DNA of 51,231 nucleotides, filler included, from Perkinsus olseni (Eukaryota): NCBI GenBank assembly GCA_013115125.1. It is 2 parts of 2 records of this genome, joined end to end, with 100 filler letters (N's around TTAATTAATTAA, not from the genome) between each part and the next. Parts side by side here need not be neighbours in the genome. Positions count along the whole stretch, not along the records: positions 25,670 to 51,231 come from JABANN010000496.1; 1 more part is not named here. One strand, 5' to 3'. Shown piece by piece: positions 47,639 to 51,231 of this stretch (position 1 is its first letter; each line of letters starts with the position of its first letter). The notes under the pieces were generated by a model. It saw only the letters and a program-made list of their open reading frames with translations, ran no database searches and was not told where the DNA came from. The position numbers and the translations under genes were made by a program.

Positions 47639-50030
47639 CTAGTGCTTGCGCCTGCGGTCCTTAGCAACCCCGTCGAGACTCAGATTTCTAACCAGCGTTG
47701 GCCGATGCTTCGAGGACCGGCCGGGACGCCTTCGACTCAAGTTAATTGGTAAGAGATCTGAGTCTGAGGGGCTTAAGAGGTCTTTGCGGATTCCCACAGC
47801 GATCTGATGGTAACAAACCTTATCCTTCAGGAAACTTACGCATGAGCAACTGGTTTCCCTCCAATTTCGGCAGCTCTTCGGGATGCTGACCGCATACAGT
47901 CTCCTACAGATGTCCTTGAGGTCGTCGAAAGTCTCCACCATCCTCTCTCCTCGGACAAGTCCTAGGAACTGGTTCACGTTGCTCTCGTTCAGGTACTCCT
48001 TGTCGACTCCGGTAGACACCGTAAGAACAAGAGAGGAATTAGGGAAGTTCAGTTCACAGAGAGGTGGGTCGCTCTGCTCCCAATCCGAGGCCTTGGCGAA
48101 GTCCTCTTTCCCCACTTTGATCTCCGTGTGCGATTCGAACTTCCTATAATTCTGCGGATACATAGGGTTTGCATCTCGGCTGAACATCGGCATCAACTTC
48201 TTGGCTACGGTGTGCCCGAAAACGAGCACGTCTAACTTCTCTCTTAGTACTGCCCCCTTTATTTTCGCATTTGCTGATTCGAGCCCATTGTTGGTGCTCG
48301 GGTGTCTGATCGACACCCCTTCAAACCAACAGGAGTTGCCGCCGGTGAACCAGAGCTTTTTCAGGTCCTCCACCGCCGTCGGATTAGTGGACTGATACTT
48401 CTCCTCGTACAACTTGCAACCGAGTTGAAACATGGCCGGTGTCAGGGAGAGCTGAAGGTAACAAATGTCCGCAAGCATGGCCTGCAACTGCTCTTGTGGA
48501 GTCTTGGCGGAGGTAAGGATGAGCTCCATCCGTTGCTTGGCATGATACCAGCAAGTTGCTCGCTCAGAGTTTGGGAAGACCGCCTCGATAGCCCCTGTTA
48601 TACAAGGGGCACCATCTCCGAGGATAACTGGTGGTGACCACGTGGGCAAGCCTAGCAGCGGCGCGACCTGAGATGTGTAACATGCCACATGTAGACTATG
48701 TTATTTCCAACATGATCATCAATATATTTTGGTACTCTGATCTCTGTTCTGTGATCTGTGAGATTGATCGTGGTCATGTTTCAATGCGTGATGGCGGTTT
48801 AATGGCTTTTGCAAAGTCAATTGTGGGCTTTCAATTGATTTCGCTGGAGACTGAATTTATGTTTGAGTGGGTTACAATGACCAGGGCGTTCAATGCAAGT
48901 CATAGGAAATGAATTCAATCAATTCATTGCTATCGAACTTTCCACGCAGTCCTAGGCAGATTGTTTATACGAAATGAGCATCGGCAGATGAGAATGTGTC
49001 GATATCAAGTATCACTTACATCGTCGAGTGATCGAAATAGCTTGATATAGTCTACTATTCGTTCTCCCTCCGCAATACTCAGAGCCACTGGGAATGTATG
49101 ATTGTGTTCATCCACGGCGGCTAGGACGAGCAAGTGGAATCCAGAGGGACCCAAGTATGCTCACACGATGACAAATCGGATAACGTTTGACCAGTAACCA
49201 GGTGCTCTTAAATTGAGAGTTCAAGGGAGTTGCGATTGCCACAGTTCGTTCTCACCTTGCCACATCAGCTTATACGTCCCGTCGACTGCGTACATGGTGG
49301 ACCGCCGGCTCAACGCCACCAGCCGGCGTGTCGAAAAGGTGATGTGAATCCCATCGTCGAAGCTCGATGATATCTACGGTAACATGGTGAGCGAGTGACA
49401 GGCTGCACCGCACCCTCCCACCACGAATGCTGAGTCCATATCATTCTCTGATGGGATAGTGGAGTGTTCAGCCACCATCTTCTTGAGATCGTGTACGGTT
49501 GGTCGGATTGAGTTACCGGCTTGGCGCTTCTTGAACTCACGGATATACGACTCAATCTGATAGAACCAGTGGTGTGTTGAAGCTTGATGAATCATCACTG
49601 ATGATGGATATACCGTATATCATGTACGGTGTAGTCTTTGCTGTTGCCGAGGTCCTCACCTGCCTCGCCTTCGGCAACTCTATCGTCTGGCCAGTTAAAT
49701 CCTCGAGGGACTTGATGATTTGCGGCTTGTTGAACACTCCTTTGGAGAGTTGTTCATCGACGAGGATCTTATATCTTCTACTTATTCCCCAATCACTCTC
49801 TTGGTGACAATGACCCTGGCCGTTATTGAACGCCCACACCGTAGTAGTGAAGGTGTCATAGTGTAGCATCTTCTGTACCGGATACTGTTCAGATCCCTCC
49901 GCGGACACCCCTGGGGCAACTCTTCGCTGGCGTTGGGGGCGCCTGCATCCTTTGCAGTAGTAGTATCTCTTCGCGCCGCTCTTAGTTTCGTTGGTTCTGA
50001 AACAATGAACAGCGACTATGGATCATCTTG
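47639..50030 (-). mobile_element. Mutator-like (MULE) DDE transposase with SWIM zinc finger, intron-containing
   Basis: Exons read: RYYYCKGC...GHCH (DNA-binding Zn finger, ~49800-49970); FSTRRLVALSRRSTMYAVDGTYKLMWQ (~49257-49340); GFHLLVLAAVDEHNHTFPVALSIAEGERIVDY (~49020-49145); VILGDGAPCITGAIEAVFPNSERATCWYH; STNNGLESANAKIK; CSCVSFLKDKVCYH. The start codon was not identified. Confidence 0.9.
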
Positions 50031-50629
50031 GTATGATACTGGTGAGCTACCGATAAGAGTAATTAATATTACCGGAGCTTGCAGTATTCGTTATCAGAGT
50101 CTTCTAACCAAGCTCTGGCCAAGCACTCATCCTCGAATGTGCCGGCAGGTAACCATTCTATAGCTCGTCCCCGGCTACGCCTTCTCGGCTCTTGAGACGT
50201 CATTGATTGACTCCGCTTCATTGTAACCCCCGGGAGTTCCGGGGGGAATCCGGAAGCAGTAGCTGATATTTCACCATCTGGTGGTTCCTGACGGGAGACG
50301 AAGAATGAGGCATATAATGGCTACCATCTGCTCTCCTTAGAGAGCTCAGAAAGGTAGGAAGATCTGGTTTCCCAGGACCGATCTTGTAGAGATTCGCACT
50401 TCTGATGCATCTCCTGGTTCCGGGACTCCTGATCTCGGGAGTTCTGGAATCGAAGCTTCAGACTCAACTGCCATGCTCGGGCGGTCGCATGTTGGTAGAG
50501 CTTCTGTCGTTGTTGAGGCCTGATACAGAGTGTTAAGGGGACGGGTTCGACCCTAGGAATTTCCCGGCGACTCTGGCATCATACCCGCAGCCTACCTGAC
50601 TGATCCTGGAAAGAGGAGGCGCAGAACTT

Positions 50630-51231
50630 GTGGCCATGCCGTATACAGGTAGGTTTCGCTCGGTCGAGATCTGAGAGTATGACACGTCTCTATGTTATGT
50701 GCCCTTCAATTTCCCCCTCGAGTCTGGCGCTGTGGGCAGGTTACCGCGTTGGTCGTAAGGAAAGGGCCAGCAGGAGTAGTGGAAGTGCGGTGTACAGGTA
50801 GGTTCCGTCCGGTGGAGCTCTGAGAGGAAGACTTATGATTCAGCCCCTGTGCATTCCTGATCTAGTAGATGGACTATTAGCCTGATCGAGCTACCAGACC
50901 ATCAGCCCTTCCAGATCCCCGGCTGGTCACAGGCCCGATGCTGTGCACAGCTTACCGTCCCAGTCACAGTCCTCGTCGAAGGTACAGGAGCCGTTGGCAT
51001 GTTGTATACAGGTAGGCCTTGTGTACCCGGCGCCTGATCGAGCTACTAGACCATCAGCCATTTCAGATCTCCGTCTGGTAACAGGCCTGCTGCTGTACAC
51101 AGCTTACCGTCCCAGTCACAGTCCTCGTAGGAGGCACAGGAGCTGTTGGCATGTTGTGTACAGGTAGGCCTTGTGTACCCGGTGCCTGATCGAGCTACTA
51201 GACCATCAGCCCTTCCAGATCTCCGGCTGGT
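50630..51231. repeat. ~152-bp tandem repeat running off the window end
   Basis: cctgatcgagctac.agaccatcagcc at 50881, 51033 and 51185; gt.tacaggtagg recurs at ~50641, ~50790, ~51004 and ~51156 (older diverged units on the left). Confidence 0.9.

Overview
Eukaryotic, intron-rich genomic window. Short (~45-55 nt) GT-AG introns, tightly packed co-oriented genes and the gene content suggest an alveolate protist, most like Perkinsus; this is an inference, not a database match. A scaffold gap with an artificial TTAATTAATTAA linker lies at 25570-25669. Left part: a disrupted DIRS-like RT/RNase H fragment, a segmentally duplicated region (~2.1-8.2 kb), then Misato/DML1, cyclin H (with an antisense tRNA-Ser(TGA) in an intron), a small spliced bL32m-like gene, an intronless SMYD5/ATXR2-like SET gene, a secreted protein and a PB1-domain protein. 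Right part: a TPR protein, a large coiled-coil protein, a myosin heavy chain, a repeat/TE-derived region, a ~45-bp minisatellite, a spliced MULE transposase and a ~152-bp tandem repeat. Two observations stand out. (1) A five-member family of small secreted six-cysteine peptides (signal peptide, CDxxLRxL motif, Cys-rich mature region) shares a CAG-12nt-ATG leader and shows birth-and-death evolution. (2) A recurrent mutational signature of short templated inverted (fold-back) insertions is demonstrable by comparing paralogous copies. Exon boundaries were read by eye and are approximate.
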